This document shows, piece after piece, positions 25,591 to 35,848 of a stretch of DNA of 64,000 bases. The translations under genes and the position numbers were made by a program. Where the stretch lies: positions 736,001 through 800,000 of the forward strand of contig CAVPOM010000004.1 of the NCBI GenBank assembly GCA_963707025.1, written 5' to 3'. This DNA is from an uncultured Verrucomicrobiae bacterium. Lineage in GTDB: Bacteria; Verrucomicrobiota; Verrucomicrobiia; Limisphaerales; Palsa-1400. The notes under the pieces were generated by a model. That model was given only the letters and a program-made list of their open reading frames with translations, was not told the DNA's origin and ran no database searches. Positions within the stretch are counted from its first letter, which is position 1. The number at the start of each line of letters is the position of its first letter.

Positions 25591-25794
25591 CTATACGCTC
25601 GTCGGGTCCCGCCCTCGCGGGACCGCTTCTCCGTCAAAGAGAAGGATGAGGCCAGCCCGCGGCAACTGTTTTGCCGCGGATCGTGAATGCCTTCATTCTC
25701 CGTTTTGCCGGAGCCTGAAGGTTTTTTGTTTTCTGGCTCCGGCACTGGTCTCCAAACCGTTCCCCCCGACCGGAACATTGTTGAAAGACCAGTT

Positions 25795-26814
25795 ATGAAA
25801 ATAAAGTTTCTCTTGGCGCCGGCCGCGGCCGGCTGCGCGTTGCTCTCCACCCTTCACGCCGGCACGCTGGCGGAGGATTTTTCCCACGACCCGGCGCTGG
25901 ACGGCTGGCAGGTGCATGGGGATTCCAACCTGTTCCATTGGGATGCGGTCAATCGTAACCTGCAGGTGACCTGGGATTCCTCGCGGCCCAACAGCTATTT
26001 CTACCACCCGCTGGGCACGATTCTGGGCACGAATGACGATTTTTCCATGTCGTTTGATTTGCTTCTCCGCGACTGCGCCATTGGCGTAAACCCGGCTGCT
26101 CCGGACAGCTTCGAACTGGCAAGCGGCTTGATGAATTATGCCGAAGCGACCAGCACGAATTTTCTGCGCGGCGGCTACTCTCCAACCCAGCCGATTCTCC
26201 AGCCGGACTTGGCGGAATTTGACTTCTTCCAATGGGATGACGTTCCGCCTTATCCGGCCACGAATACCGTCTGGCCGAGCTTCATAGACAGCCAGAACGA
26301 CTTTTATTGGAACGGCGACAGTTCGTTCGGCGTGGTGGAACTGCCGACAAACATCGTGATGCAGGTCGCCGTGAATTATACGGCGTCCAATCAAACCTGT
26401 GTGCTGACCATCACCACCAACGGCGTGGCGGTCGTCGTCCCGGTGGTGGTTGTGCTCAACGCCCCGGGAGTGTATTTCGGCGATTATCATCTGGATGCTT
26501 TTGCCGTGGAAAGTTACTCGGACGTGGACTCGGGCGGCTCGCTGCTGGCGCACGGGGCCATCGGGAACGTGCTGCTGGTGGTGCCGCCACCGCCGGTGAC
26601 GTTGTTGCAGCCGGCGCTGGTCAACGGGGTGGGGCAGGTGCAGTTCGCCAGCCGGATCGCCTGGAATTATGTGCTGCAAAGCAGCGCCGATCTTCAGACC
26701 TGGCTGCCGGCGGGGCCGCCTGCTGCCGGGACGGGCGGCAATCTGATTTTGCAGGACACCAATGCGGCGCAGCCACATCAGTTTTATCGCGTCAACGCCG
26801 TGCGAGCGGACTAA
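25795..26814 (+). CDS. Secreted beta-rich protein of unknown function
   Basis: Signal peptide; acidic/aromatic body; PPPP linker; C-terminal YVLQSSADLQTW...FYRV domain. Confidence 0.75.
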   Translation: MKIKFLLAPAAAGCALLSTLHAGTLAEDFSHDPALDGWQVHGDSNLFHWDAVNRNLQVTWDSSRPNSYFYHPLGTILGTNDDFSMSFDLLLRDCAIGVNPAAPDSFELASGLMNYAEATSTNFLRGGYSPTQPILQPDLAEFDFFQWDDVPPYPATNTVWPSFIDSQNDFYWNGDSSFGVVELPTNIVMQVAVNYTASNQTCVLTITTNGVAVVVPVVVVLNAPGVYFGDYHLDAFAVESYSDVDSGGSLLAHGAIGNVLLVVPPPPVTLLQPALVNGVGQVQFASRIAWNYVLQSSADLQTWLPAGPPAAGTGGNLILQDTNAAQPHQFYRVNAVRAD

Positions 26815-26819
26815 AAATC

Positions 26820-27752
26820 GTGACCGAACCGGAACAAAAAATCTGCCCGCGTTGCGGGGCGCCGTTTGCCTGCGGCGCGCCCAAGGCCTGCTGGTGCGGG
26901 GAGTTTCCCCCGCTGGCCGGCCTCCAGGCCGAATCCGGCTGTCTTTGCCCGGAATGCCTGGGCCGGGCGACGGCGGCGGAGAGCGCCGTGGCGCGCGGTC
27001 ATCGGAACCGGCCCGCCATGAAACGCGCGCCCGGTTTCACGCTCATGGAACTTCTAGTGACCGTTGCGGTCATTGGCCTGCTGGCGTCCATTTTGTTGCC
27101 GGCGCTCGGCCGCGGCAAGCTGCCGGCGCAGGCGGCCAAGTGCGGGAGCAATCTGCGCCAGTTCGTGGCGGCCGGGCAGATGTACTGGGATGACAACAAC
27201 GGAAACCCCTTCCCCTACGCCGGGGCCAGCACGCCCAACGGCACTTGCTATTGGTTTGGTTTGCTGGGGCCGGGCGCGGAGGAGACCCGCTCTTTCGATC
27301 CCACGGCCGGCCCGTTATATCCCTGGCTTGGCACCGGCGTGGACTTATGCCCCGCCTTTGACTATTCCTCCCCGCAATTCAAATTGAAAGCCTCCGTGCC
27401 GACTTGCGATTACGGCTATAACTCCTCCATTTACGGACCTCCCCTGAACATGGCAAAACTGGCCGCGCCGGCCCGTCTGGCCTTCCTGGCGGACTCGGCC
27501 CAGGTGAACACGTTTGAAGCGCCCGCCTCGGCTAGAAATCCCATGTTCGAGGAATGGTATTATATTGACAACGAGGCCGGCCAGCCCAGCCCCCAGCCCA
27601 ACGGCCAATTCCGCCATCGCCAACGGGCCAATGCGGTGTTTGTGGACGGCCATCTGGGCCTGGAGCACATGGTCCCCGGCTCGCTGGACGAGCGCCTGCC
27701 GGCGCAGTGGATCGGCTGGCTGCGGCCTGAAATTCTGGAGCCGGGCCCATAA
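26820..27752 (+). CDS. Cys-rich CWC domain in frame with prepilin-type/H-X9-DG protein (alternative start 27018)
   Basis: CPRCGAPFACG..CWC..CLCPECL, then GFTLMELLVTVAVIGLLASILLPAL and FRHRQRANAVFVDGH. Confidence 0.8.
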   Translation: MTEPEQKICPRCGAPFACGAPKACWCGEFPPLAGLQAESGCLCPECLGRATAAESAVARGHRNRPAMKRAPGFTLMELLVTVAVIGLLASILLPALGRGKLPAQAAKCGSNLRQFVAAGQMYWDDNNGNPFPYAGASTPNGTCYWFGLLGPGAEETRSFDPTAGPLYPWLGTGVDLCPAFDYSSPQFKLKASVPTCDYGYNSSIYGPPLNMAKLAAPARLAFLADSAQVNTFEAPASARNPMFEEWYYIDNEAGQPSPQPNGQFRHRQRANAVFVDGHLGLEHMVPGSLDERLPAQWIGWLRPEILEPGP

Positions 27753-27797
27753 AATCCTGCTTTACATGGGACGGCGGCAGGGCGAGGCTGAAGTATT

Positions 27798-27926
27798 ATG
27801 ACCGACACGAATTTGGCGTTTTGGGGATTGTGGATGGTGCCGCTGGGCGTGGCGATTTGCTTCGGCCCGGCTCTGATCGTCTGGCTGCGCGCGGAGATCA
27901 AGGCGGGCAAAGACAAGAAGAAATAG
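27798..27926 (+). CDS. 42-aa single-TM small protein (absent from ORF track)
   Basis: MTDTNLAFWGLWMVPLGVAICFGPALIVWLRAEIKAGKDKKK*. Confidence 0.6.
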   Translation: MTDTNLAFWGLWMVPLGVAICFGPALIVWLRAEIKAGKDKKK

Positions 27927-27953
27927 GGCCGCCCGGCGCGGCGTTATGGTTTG

Positions 27954-30900
27954 TCACTGGAGAGGCTGCAGGAGGATCGAGCAGGCGTTGGTGGCGGTGA
28001 GAAAGAATCCCCCGGCGCTGTTGGAAGTTTGCAAAACGGCTCCCAGTCCCTGGACGGGGGCGGCGCCGCTGCCGTTGCCGAAGCTCAACTTCAATCCGCC
28101 TGTCGTGGGAATGATGGAACCCGTCAACGAATTGGGCGGGGCGCCGCCCAGCTTGGCCAAATTATTGTTGTCGAGCACCGCCACTGTGAAATCCAGGTCA
28201 ATGCCGGCGCTGGCGTCGGTGATGAACAAATCTCCCTTGGGAAAGGAAATGGCCGGGGTGTTGGCGGGCGGGTTGGTCCAAAGTGCGCCTTGCAGGGCCA
28301 ACAGATTGGTAAACCCAGCGGGATAGAGAGCCATCGCGCCGGACGGTTTTTTAATCCAAGTGAGGAGATTGGCGGGCGGCGCCGCCTCCAAATTGGTCAG
28401 ACTGATCCAACCGAAGAGCAGGCCGGTGTTCTTGTCCAGGCTGGCATAGACGGGCACGTCGCCGGCCACCGAAGCGGGCACGGTCTGGCTGAAATTGGTT
28501 CCGTCCGCCAGCGCGCCGGTGAGCGTGACCAGGCCCGCGTGGTTGGTCACCAAGGCATAGCCATCGCCGGGCGGGGCAATCGTCGAGGCATTGAACGGCG
28601 AAAAGAGCATGGTGTACTCAGCCGAAAAGAGGGTGTTGCCGGCCAACTCGGCGGTTAAATTGGCGACCCACAGATTGCTGGAAACGGTCCCTACAATTTG
28701 ATTGCTTGGCGATTTTTCCAAGGTCAGGTCAAGCAGCAACGGCCCGCCGGGAGCGTTGGAAGCCCCGAGGCTGGCCGCCGCATGGCCGAAGATATCGAAG
28801 CTGCCCGTGAGGGGATAATTGGTTCCCGCGATGAACAGCTTGCCGCTGAAAGCGCCGTTTGTTTTCAAGACCAGATTATAGAGCATCCCGGCGGTTTCTT
28901 CGGTGACGCCGCCGGCGGCGGAGAACAAACCGTTGTAAATTCCAGCGGCGGGCAGAAAGAAATTGGTGACGAAATTGGCCGTCAACGTCATGTTGGACTC
29001 CATGAGAAAGGTCAGCGGATTAGCCGTAGCGGCGATCGCCCCCGTCCAGTTGGAAAACAAATTGCCGGGATGGGGCACAGCGGTGACGGCATAGTTCCGG
29101 CCCACCACCAGGGAGGTGCCGGTGAAACCATGGGTGATTGTGCCAGGGCCGGCCGTCTGCAGGGTAAGCGTGCTTTGTGTCAAGTAAAATACGGAGGCGG
29201 TTTGGGCCGCGGAGTGATTGCCCAGGCGATCCAGGCTCCAGGCGCTGAAAAGGTTCGTTCCCGGCTGCAAGGTCACCAGGGCGGACCAGTTGCTCCATTG
29301 CGTTGAAGTGATTGCGGAAACCCAAGGTCCGCCGTTGAGTTGGTACTGCACGCCGGCCACGCCAAATTTTCCCGCGGCCGTTCCCTGCACGGTCAGAGCC
29401 GGCGCCGTCACGCTGGACAGGAGCGGTTTCAGGGTCAGGGTTGGCGGCGGGACGGCCAGGGCGACAACGGCACTGGTGGCCGAGCCATAAGTGTTGGAAA
29501 CCACCACCGCATAACTTCCGGCGTCGGCGAGCACGGCGGCGGTGACGCTCAACTGGCTTGTGGCGAAGCCGGCAATATTGCCGCCGTCGGCCAGAGGGGT
29601 CCCATCCAGGCTCCATTGATAAGTCAAGGGAGGCGAACCAAGGGCCCGGACGGAGAATTGCACGTTGGTATTGGGCGCGAAGTTCCGCCCGGCCGGTGGC
29701 TGGAAGATGATCGGGGCCAGGGCGGAAAGGTTGGTCTGGAGGCTGATCAACCCGGCACCGGCTGCGGTCACAAAGAATCCCGCAGCGCTGTTGGAAGTTT
29801 GCAGGATGGCTCCGGCCCCGGTGGTGGTGCTCATGCCCTTGCCGTTGCCGAAGGTGAGGTTGAGAAGGCCGGTTTTGGGATTGATGGAACCGGTCAACGA
29901 ATTGGTCGGATAGCCGCCCAGCTTGGCCAGGGCGTTGTTGTTGCTGACGGCCACGTTGAAGGTGAGGGCAAGGCTGGAGTTGGAGACGACCAACAATCCA
30001 CTGGTGACTGGTATGGCCGGGACGTGGGCGGGCGGGTTGGTCCAAAGCGCGCCTTCCACCAGAAGTGTGTTGGTAAACCCGCCGGGATAAAGAGCGGTCG
30101 CGCTGGACGGTTTCTTAATCCAAGTGAGAAGATTGGTGGGCGGGGCAGCCTGCCCGTTGGTCAGATTGATCCAACCCAAGAGCAGGCCGGTGTTCTTGTA
30201 AAGGCTGGCATAGACCGGGATGTCGCCGGTCGCCGAAGCGGGCACGGTTTGGTTAAAAGCGGTTCCATCCGCCAGCGCGCCGCTGAGCGTGACCCGGCCC
30301 GCATGATTGGTGACCAGGGCATAACCGTCGCCTGGCGGGGTATTGGCGGAGGCGCCGCCGGGCGGGGAAAGCAGAAGGGTTTGCTCCGCCGATGGCAGCC
30401 CCGCGCCAGCCAACTCGGCGAGCAAATTCGCGGTCCAAAAAGTGTTTGAAACCGTGCCCAGGATTTGGTTGGTGGGCGCTTGTTGCAGGGATAATTCAAC
30501 CTGCAGTTGGCCGCCCGGCGCGGTGGCCGGTCCGACGCTCAGAGCGGCCTGGCCGAGTATGTCGAAGGCACCTGTGAGAGTGTATTTCGTGCCCGCGATC
30601 AGCAGTTCGCCGCTGAAAACGCCGTTAGTTTTCAGGATCAGGCCGCTGATCATTCCGGCGGTTTCTTCGGTGACGCCGCTGGTGGTGGAGAACAGGCCGT
30701 TGTAAGTTCCTGCGGTGGGCAGGAAGAAATTGGTGACAAAATTGGCCTGCAAGGCCGTGTCCGATTCCAGCAGGAACGTCAGGGGATTGTTGGTGGCGGT
30801 GATCGTCCCCGTCCAGTTGGAAAACAAATTGCCGGGATTCGCCACGGCGGTGAGGGTATAGTTCCGGCCTTCCACCAGGAAGTTGTTGGTGAAACTACGG

Positions 30901-33473
30901 GTGATTTTTCCAAAGCCGCTGGTCGTCAACGTCAGGGCACCGAAGTTCGTGTAAAAAACAGCGACGCGGTTGGTGCGGGACACTTGGCCGATGAGATCCA
31001 CGCTGTAGGCGCTGAAAAGGTTCGTCCCCGGCTGCAAGGTCACGCTGGCGGACCAGTTGGACTGAGTCAGGAGGTTCGTGCCAGTCCAGGCCCCGCCGTC
31101 AAGTTGGTACTGCACATTGGTCACGCCGAATTCTCCCGCCGCGGTTCCCATCACCGTGAGGTCGGGAGTCAACACGCCGGACATGGTTGGCAGAATGGTC
31201 AGTGTCGGCGGCGGGATCGTCAATGTCACAATGGAACTGGTGACCGAGCCGTAGGGATTGGAGACGACCACGGAATAATTGCCGGCATTATCCGGCGCCA
31301 GAGGGTAGATCGTCAGGTTGGAGGTCGTTGCACCGGTGATTTCCGGGCCGTCGGTCAAAGCATTCGTTTCGTTGACCATCCATTGGAAAGTCAAGGGCGC
31401 AGCCCCGGTGGCCGTCACGCTCAGATTCAGCGGCATTCCCGGCGCCGGTTTGACGGTCTTAGGAGGTTCGGTCTGGATGGTCACAGGCACGAACACCGTC
31501 AAGATGTTGGTTTCGCTGCTGATGACGCCGCCATCCAGCAGCGTGGAAGCGCCGACCAGGACGGAATAACTGCCCATGTCATTGGTGGAAACCGGGTTGA
31601 TGGTCAAAATGTTGCTCCAAGCGCCGGAAATGCGGCCGCCGTCAACGAGATTGGTTCCATTAAACTGCCATTGGTAACCCAGCGGAGAGGCATTGGTGCT
31701 GCTGGCAGCCACCTGGAAGGTGGCTATGCTGCCGGCGTTGGTCGAGACGTCGGACGATAGATCGGATATCGTCGGCGGGGTGGCGCTGGTTAAATCCAGA
31801 AGATTGGCTTCAAAGGCCCCCATGGTGGTGGGGGAGGATCGAGGCCGGAAGATCTGGTCGTAGGCCGGAAAGGTGAGGCCCGGGATGCCGGGGATGACGC
31901 CAACGGCCAGGCTGCCGGAAAAAACGGCCAGGGTCTGACCCGGCGAGCCGCCCAACAAGCCCACCACCGTGTTGCCCGGCGCGCTCAGGCCGGTGTCCAG
32001 ATAGGGATTCGTATTGACAATGCTGCCCAGGGCGACGCGCAGCGCGACACTGGTGTCCGAACTGAAGTTGTAACCCAGGTCGGTAACGCCGCCGGAGTCG
32101 TTGGGGGAGGTGTTGGTGATGTAGGTGGTGTAGTTCAGGGCGGCGGAGTTGGTGCCGGTGGAGTTGGTGCCGCCGGAAAGAATGGAGTTGGCCAATTTCA
32201 AAGTGCCCCCGGTGCGGGCCAGATCAAAACCGGGAGTCAGGCCGACGAGGCCATTGGACTCGCTGGTGGTGCTGATTCCCGCGGCGCCGCCCGTCAAGAA
32301 ATTGGTGGCCAGGGTGCAGTTGCGCACCAAGGTGAGAGCCGCCCCGCTGGCCAGACCGCCGCCGGTGGCGGAACCGCCGTTGCCGGCAGGCGCGAAGACC
32401 AGGCTGGAATTGCCGCCCCCGGCGCCGCCCTGGCAGGAGTTCATATTGAAAGTGGTGTTTTCGATAATAGCGATATTGGTGGAACTGGTCAGAGCCAGGC
32501 CGCCACCATAGGCATAGCCGCCGGACTGGCCGAAGCGACTGGTGCTGCCGGCCACCGCCGTGTTGTTGGCGAACAGGCAATTCGTCATGCAAAGCGGCCC
32601 GGAAGCCAGGACGGCGCCGCCGACACAACTGCCGCCAGTTCCGCCCGAACCGGGATTCCCTGAGAATGCGCCGGCAGCGGGGGTCCCGGCGGTGCCGCCA
32701 CTGCCGGCCGTGCAGTGGTTTCCCGTAAATGCCGTGGCGACGAGAATATTGGTTGGACCGGTGCAGACGATAGCGCCTCCCACCGCGTCGCCACCGTTGC
32801 CGCCGCTGCCGGCGTTGCCGCCGAAAATACCTCCACTCTGGACGCCGTTGCCGCCATTGCCTCCGTTGCCGCCTTCGACGCTGTTATTGTCGAAAATGCT
32901 GTAAAAAACTTCCAGTGTGCCCTGGCTCACAATCGCTCCGCCCGACGCGCTCAACCCATTGCCCCCGCTGCCCCCGTCGTTGTTGCCCGGGAAGCTGCCG
33001 TCCGTTCCGGGGACTCCGGCGAAGTTGGTGGCGCTGTTGCCACTGAAGACACAGTTGCTGACGAGGAGCGTTCCACCCACGTCATTCAAAATGGCGCCGC
33101 CTGTGGTGTTGAGGCCGCCTGAAATGGTCAGGTTGACCAGCGTCAGCGAACCGCCTTTGTAAATATGGAACATCGGACCGTTGCCGCTGACGCGGTTGAT
33201 GGTCGCGGTATTGGTGGTGCCATCGAGATTGGTGACGGCATTGAGAACGACCGCGTTCGAGACCTGTAAAAGCTCCGTTGCGCCGGAGAAGTTGACGGTG
33301 AGGTTGCTGGCGAAGATGCTCATGCCGCCCCGGCTCACCGCAGCACTAAGGTCGCTGAAATTGGTGATGACGGGGGGCTGCGCGGAAGCCGTCAGGGCGC
33401 AGCCAAGCCCCAGCGCAATGCAGGGGAGCAGGGCCTTGGCGCGGGCGAAAATCCTTTTCACCTTTGTTTTCAA
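27954..33473 (-). CDS. Large secreted/surface protein: Gly-rich N-terminus, Ig-like domains, duplicated ~590-aa module
   Basis: Signal peptide; Ig motifs PLxYQW...GSYxVVVSN; NFVTNFFLP...VTEETAGM block occurs twice about 1.77 kb apart. Confidence 0.85.
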   Translation of the reverse strand: MKTKVKRIFARAKALLPCIALGLGCALTASAQPPVITNFSDLSAAVSRGGMSIFASNLTVNFSGATELLQVSNAVVLNAVTNLDGTTNTATINRVSGNGPMFHIYKGGSLTLVNLTISGGLNTTGGAILNDVGGTLLVSNCVFSGNSATNFAGVPGTDGSFPGNNDGGSGGNGLSASGGAIVSQGTLEVFYSIFDNNSVEGGNGGNGGNGVQSGGIFGGNAGSGGNGGDAVGGAIVCTGPTNILVATAFTGNHCTAGSGGTAGTPAAGAFSGNPGSGGTGGSCVGGAVLASGPLCMTNCLFANNTAVAGSTSRFGQSGGYAYGGGLALTSSTNIAIIENTTFNMNSCQGGAGGGNSSLVFAPAGNGGSATGGGLASGAALTLVRNCTLATNFLTGGAAGISTTSESNGLVGLTPGFDLARTGGTLKLANSILSGGTNSTGTNSAALNYTTYITNTSPNDSGGVTDLGYNFSSDTSVALRVALGSIVNTNPYLDTGLSAPGNTVVGLLGGSPGQTLAVFSGSLAVGVIPGIPGLTFPAYDQIFRPRSSPTTMGAFEANLLDLTSATPPTISDLSSDVSTNAGSIATFQVAASSTNASPLGYQWQFNGTNLVDGGRISGAWSNILTINPVSTNDMGSYSVLVGASTLLDGGVISSETNILTVFVPVTIQTEPPKTVKPAPGMPLNLSVTATGAAPLTFQWMVNETNALTDGPEITGATTSNLTIYPLAPDNAGNYSVVVSNPYGSVTSSIVTLTIPPPTLTILPTMSGVLTPDLTVMGTAAGEFGVTNVQYQLDGGAWTGTNLLTQSNWSASVTLQPGTNLFSAYSVDLIGQVSRTNRVAVFYTNFGALTLTTSGFGKITRSFTNNFLVEGRNYTLTAVANPGNLFSNWTGTITATNNPLTFLLESDTALQANFVTNFFLPTAGTYNGLFSTTSGVTEETAGMISGLILKTNGVFSGELLIAGTKYTLTGAFDILGQAALSVGPATAPGGQLQVELSLQQAPTNQILGTVSNTFWTANLLAELAGAGLPSAEQTLLLSPPGGASANTPPGDGYALVTNHAGRVTLSGALADGTAFNQTVPASATGDIPVYASLYKNTGLLLGWINLTNGQAAPPTNLLTWIKKPSSATALYPGGFTNTLLVEGALWTNPPAHVPAIPVTSGLLVVSNSSLALTFNVAVSNNNALAKLGGYPTNSLTGSINPKTGLLNLTFGNGKGMSTTTGAGAILQTSNSAAGFFVTAAGAGLISLQTNLSALAPIIFQPPAGRNFAPNTNVQFSVRALGSPPLTYQWSLDGTPLADGGNIAGFATSQLSVTAAVLADAGSYAVVVSNTYGSATSAVVALAVPPPTLTLKPLLSSVTAPALTVQGTAAGKFGVAGVQYQLNGGPWVSAITSTQWSNWSALVTLQPGTNLFSAWSLDRLGNHSAAQTASVFYLTQSTLTLQTAGPGTITHGFTGTSLVVGRNYAVTAVPHPGNLFSNWTGAIAATANPLTFLMESNMTLTANFVTNFFLPAAGIYNGLFSAAGGVTEETAGMLYNLVLKTNGAFSGKLFIAGTNYPLTGSFDIFGHAAASLGASNAPGGPLLLDLTLEKSPSNQIVGTVSSNLWVANLTAELAGNTLFSAEYTMLFSPFNASTIAPPGDGYALVTNHAGLVTLTGALADGTNFSQTVPASVAGDVPVYASLDKNTGLLFGWISLTNLEAAPPANLLTWIKKPSGAMALYPAGFTNLLALQGALWTNPPANTPAISFPKGDLFITDASAGIDLDFTVAVLDNNNLAKLGGAPPNSLTGSIIPTTGGLKLSFGNGSGAAPVQGLGAVLQTSNSAGGFFLTATNACSILLQPLQ

Positions 33474-33553
33474 GCGGCTATATTGATAACAGACTCTGAT
33501 GAGTTAAACAATGAGACTCTGAAAAGTTTCGTTGATTCGGGTGATTTCGCGCC

Positions 33554-33763
33554 ATGAAACTCTTTTACACCGGACCGGCGGTGAACGCCGAATTGCTCAT
33601 GGTCATGCTCGAAAAGCACGGCATCGCCGGCCGCCAGGAATGGGTGCAGCCCGGCGAGCCGGAGGAGGGCGATTTGAACCGCCCGGCCAGAATCCTGGTG
33701 CCGGAGGCCGATTACGACCGCGCCTTCCAATTATTCTACGCCGAGCGCGAGGACGAGCTTTAG
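33554..33763 (+). CDS. Small DUF2007-like protein
   Basis: AELLMVMLEKHGI...ILVPEADYDRA pattern. Confidence 0.55.
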   Translation: MKLFYTGPAVNAELLMVMLEKHGIAGRQEWVQPGEPEEGDLNRPARILVPEADYDRAFQLFYAEREDEL

Positions 33764-33815
33764 CGGCATGAATATCCTTTATTATTCGCATTCCGGGGGT
33801 TAGGCTTCCCCGGTT

Positions 33816-34962
33816 ATGTTCGAGAACATCAAAGCGCAGCTGTCCGCCGCCGGGGAGAAATTGGTCCATTTGCGGAGGTTTCTTTGACGTGCCGGGCGTG
33901 GAGAAACGGCTGGGCGAACTGGACGGGCTGATGGCGGCGGACACCTTCTGGAAAAATCAGGAAAAAGCCCAGGGCGTGATTGACGAGGCCAACGGCTTGC
34001 GCCGAAAAATCGAACCGCTCCTCAAGGCCGAACAACAGATGGATGATTTTCACGTCATGGTTGAACTGGCCGAAGGCGAACCGGAATCCGAGCAGGCCAG
34101 GCACCATACCGATTTGGAGCGCGACCTGGCGAAGTTCAGCAAGGACCTGGACAGCCTGGAGTTGAAGGTTTTTCTCAACGGCCCGCACGACCGGAACAAC
34201 TGCATCCTGAGCATCAACTCCGGGGCGGGAGGGACGGAGGCGTGCGACTGGGCGGACATGCTCTTGCGCATGTACCAGCGCTGGTGCGAAGCGCGGGGCT
34301 GGGAAATCGAGGTGGAAGACGTGCTGCCGGGGGAATCGGCGGGGATCAAGAGCGCGACCCTGCTGGTGGAGGGGGAATGCGCCTACGGTTATTGCAAGGC
34401 GGAGCGGGGCGTCCACCGCCTGGTGCGCATTTCGCCCTACGACTCCAACAAACGGCGGCACACCAGTTTTGCCAGCGTGGATGTGATTGCGGAAATTGCC
34501 GAGACCAATGCGGACATCGTGCTGCCGCCGGCGGAGTTGCAGGTGGACACCTATCGGTCGGGCGGCAAAGGCGGACAAAATGTCAACAAGGTGGAAACGG
34601 CGGTGCGCATCACCCATCTGCCCAGTGGATTGATCGCGGCCTCGCAAAGCCAGCGTTCCCAGCACCAGAACCGCGCCACCGCCATGCGCATGCTCGTCTC
34701 CAAAATCTACGCCAAGCGCTTGGACGAGCAAAAGGCGGAGATGGAACGTTTCTACGGCGAAAAGGGGGCCATCGGCTGGGGCCAGCAGATTCGCAGCTAC
34801 GTCTTCCAGCCTTACCGCATGGTCAAGGATTTGCGCACCGGCGCGGAAACCAGCAATGTCCAGGCCGTGATGGACGGCGATTTGGACCTGTTCGTCAACG
34901 CCTGGCTGCGCGCCGGCTGCCCGGTCAAGCGCATGGCGGGGGTGAAGGAAGAGGTGGAGTAA
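33816..34962 (+). CDS. prfB: Peptide chain release factor 2 with programmed +1 frameshift
   Basis: ATG 33816, GGAGG-TTT-CTT-TGA-C at 33874-33888; SPY anticodon motif, GGQ. Confidence 0.95.
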
Positions 34963-35027
34963 GGGAGTGATGAAGTGATGGAATGATGAAGAATGCCCCA
35001 CCCAATACTCCATCACTCCATCACTCC
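34963..35027. repeat. Inverted arrays of 8-bp GGAGTGAT-type units (hairpin-forming)
   Basis: ggagtgat gaagtgat ggaatgat ... atactcc atcactcc atcactcc; related units at 24802-24837. Confidence 0.65.
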
Positions 35028-35044
35028 GTTTTCCTCTCTTCTTC

Positions 35045-35848
35045 ATGAACATTCTTGACACTATTGTCGCCCGGAAAAGGCTCGAAATCGCCCGGCTGTC
35101 GGCGCGTCCCATCACGGCTTCCGCCCTGAAAGCGGCGCTGGAAAAGAGGGGCGGCCGGCGTGATTTTTTTGGCGCGCTCCAAGCCGCCGGGCCCGGCGCG
35201 ATGGCCCTCATCGCTGAAGTCAAAAAGGCCTCTCCCTCCGCCGGCGTGATCTGCCCGGATTTCGATCCGGTGCGGCTGGCGCGGGCCTACGAGGCCGCCG
35301 GGGCCAACTGCCTTTCGGTCCTGACGGACGAAAGCTTTTTCCAGGGGTCGCTGGAGGATCTGCAGCGGATTCGCGCCGCGGTGAAACTGCCGCTCCTGCG
35401 CAAGGACTTCATCCTGGATGCCCGGCAGATTCTGGAGGCGATTGAGGCGGGAGCGGACGCCATTCTGTTGATTGCGCGCATTCTGACGGGAGCGGGGCTG
35501 CAGGAGTTGCACGGGCTGGCCAGCGCCGCCGGACTGGCCGCGCTGGTGGAGGTGCATGACGAGGCGGAGATGGACCGCGCCCTCGCCCTGGGGGCGAACC
35601 TGATCGGCGTCAATAATCGCAATCTCGAAACCTTCACCGTGGATTTGGCCCTGACCGGGCGGCTGGCGGCCCGAATCCCGGCCGCGGCGCGGGCGGGCAG
35701 GGTGCTGGTGGCGGAGAGCGGCATTGACCGCCGGGCCGACGTGGAAGGCCTGCGGCGCGCCGGAGCCGGGGCCATCCTGGTGGGCGAATCGCTGCTGAAG
35801 AACCCGGCGGGCATCGCCGCGAAAATCTCCGAACTGCTTATTCGTTGA
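35045..35848 (+). CDS. trpC: Indole-3-glycerol phosphate synthase
   Basis: IAEVKKASPSAG, LRKDFI, GVNNRNL, VAESGI. Confidence 0.95.
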   Translation: MNILDTIVARKRLEIARLSARPITASALKAALEKRGGRRDFFGALQAAGPGAMALIAEVKKASPSAGVICPDFDPVRLARAYEAAGANCLSVLTDESFFQGSLEDLQRIRAAVKLPLLRKDFILDARQILEAIEAGADAILLIARILTGAGLQELHGLASAAGLAALVEVHDEAEMDRALALGANLIGVNNRNLETFTVDLALTGRLAARIPAAARAGRVLVAESGIDRRADVEGLRRAGAGAILVGESLLKNPAGIAAKISELLIR

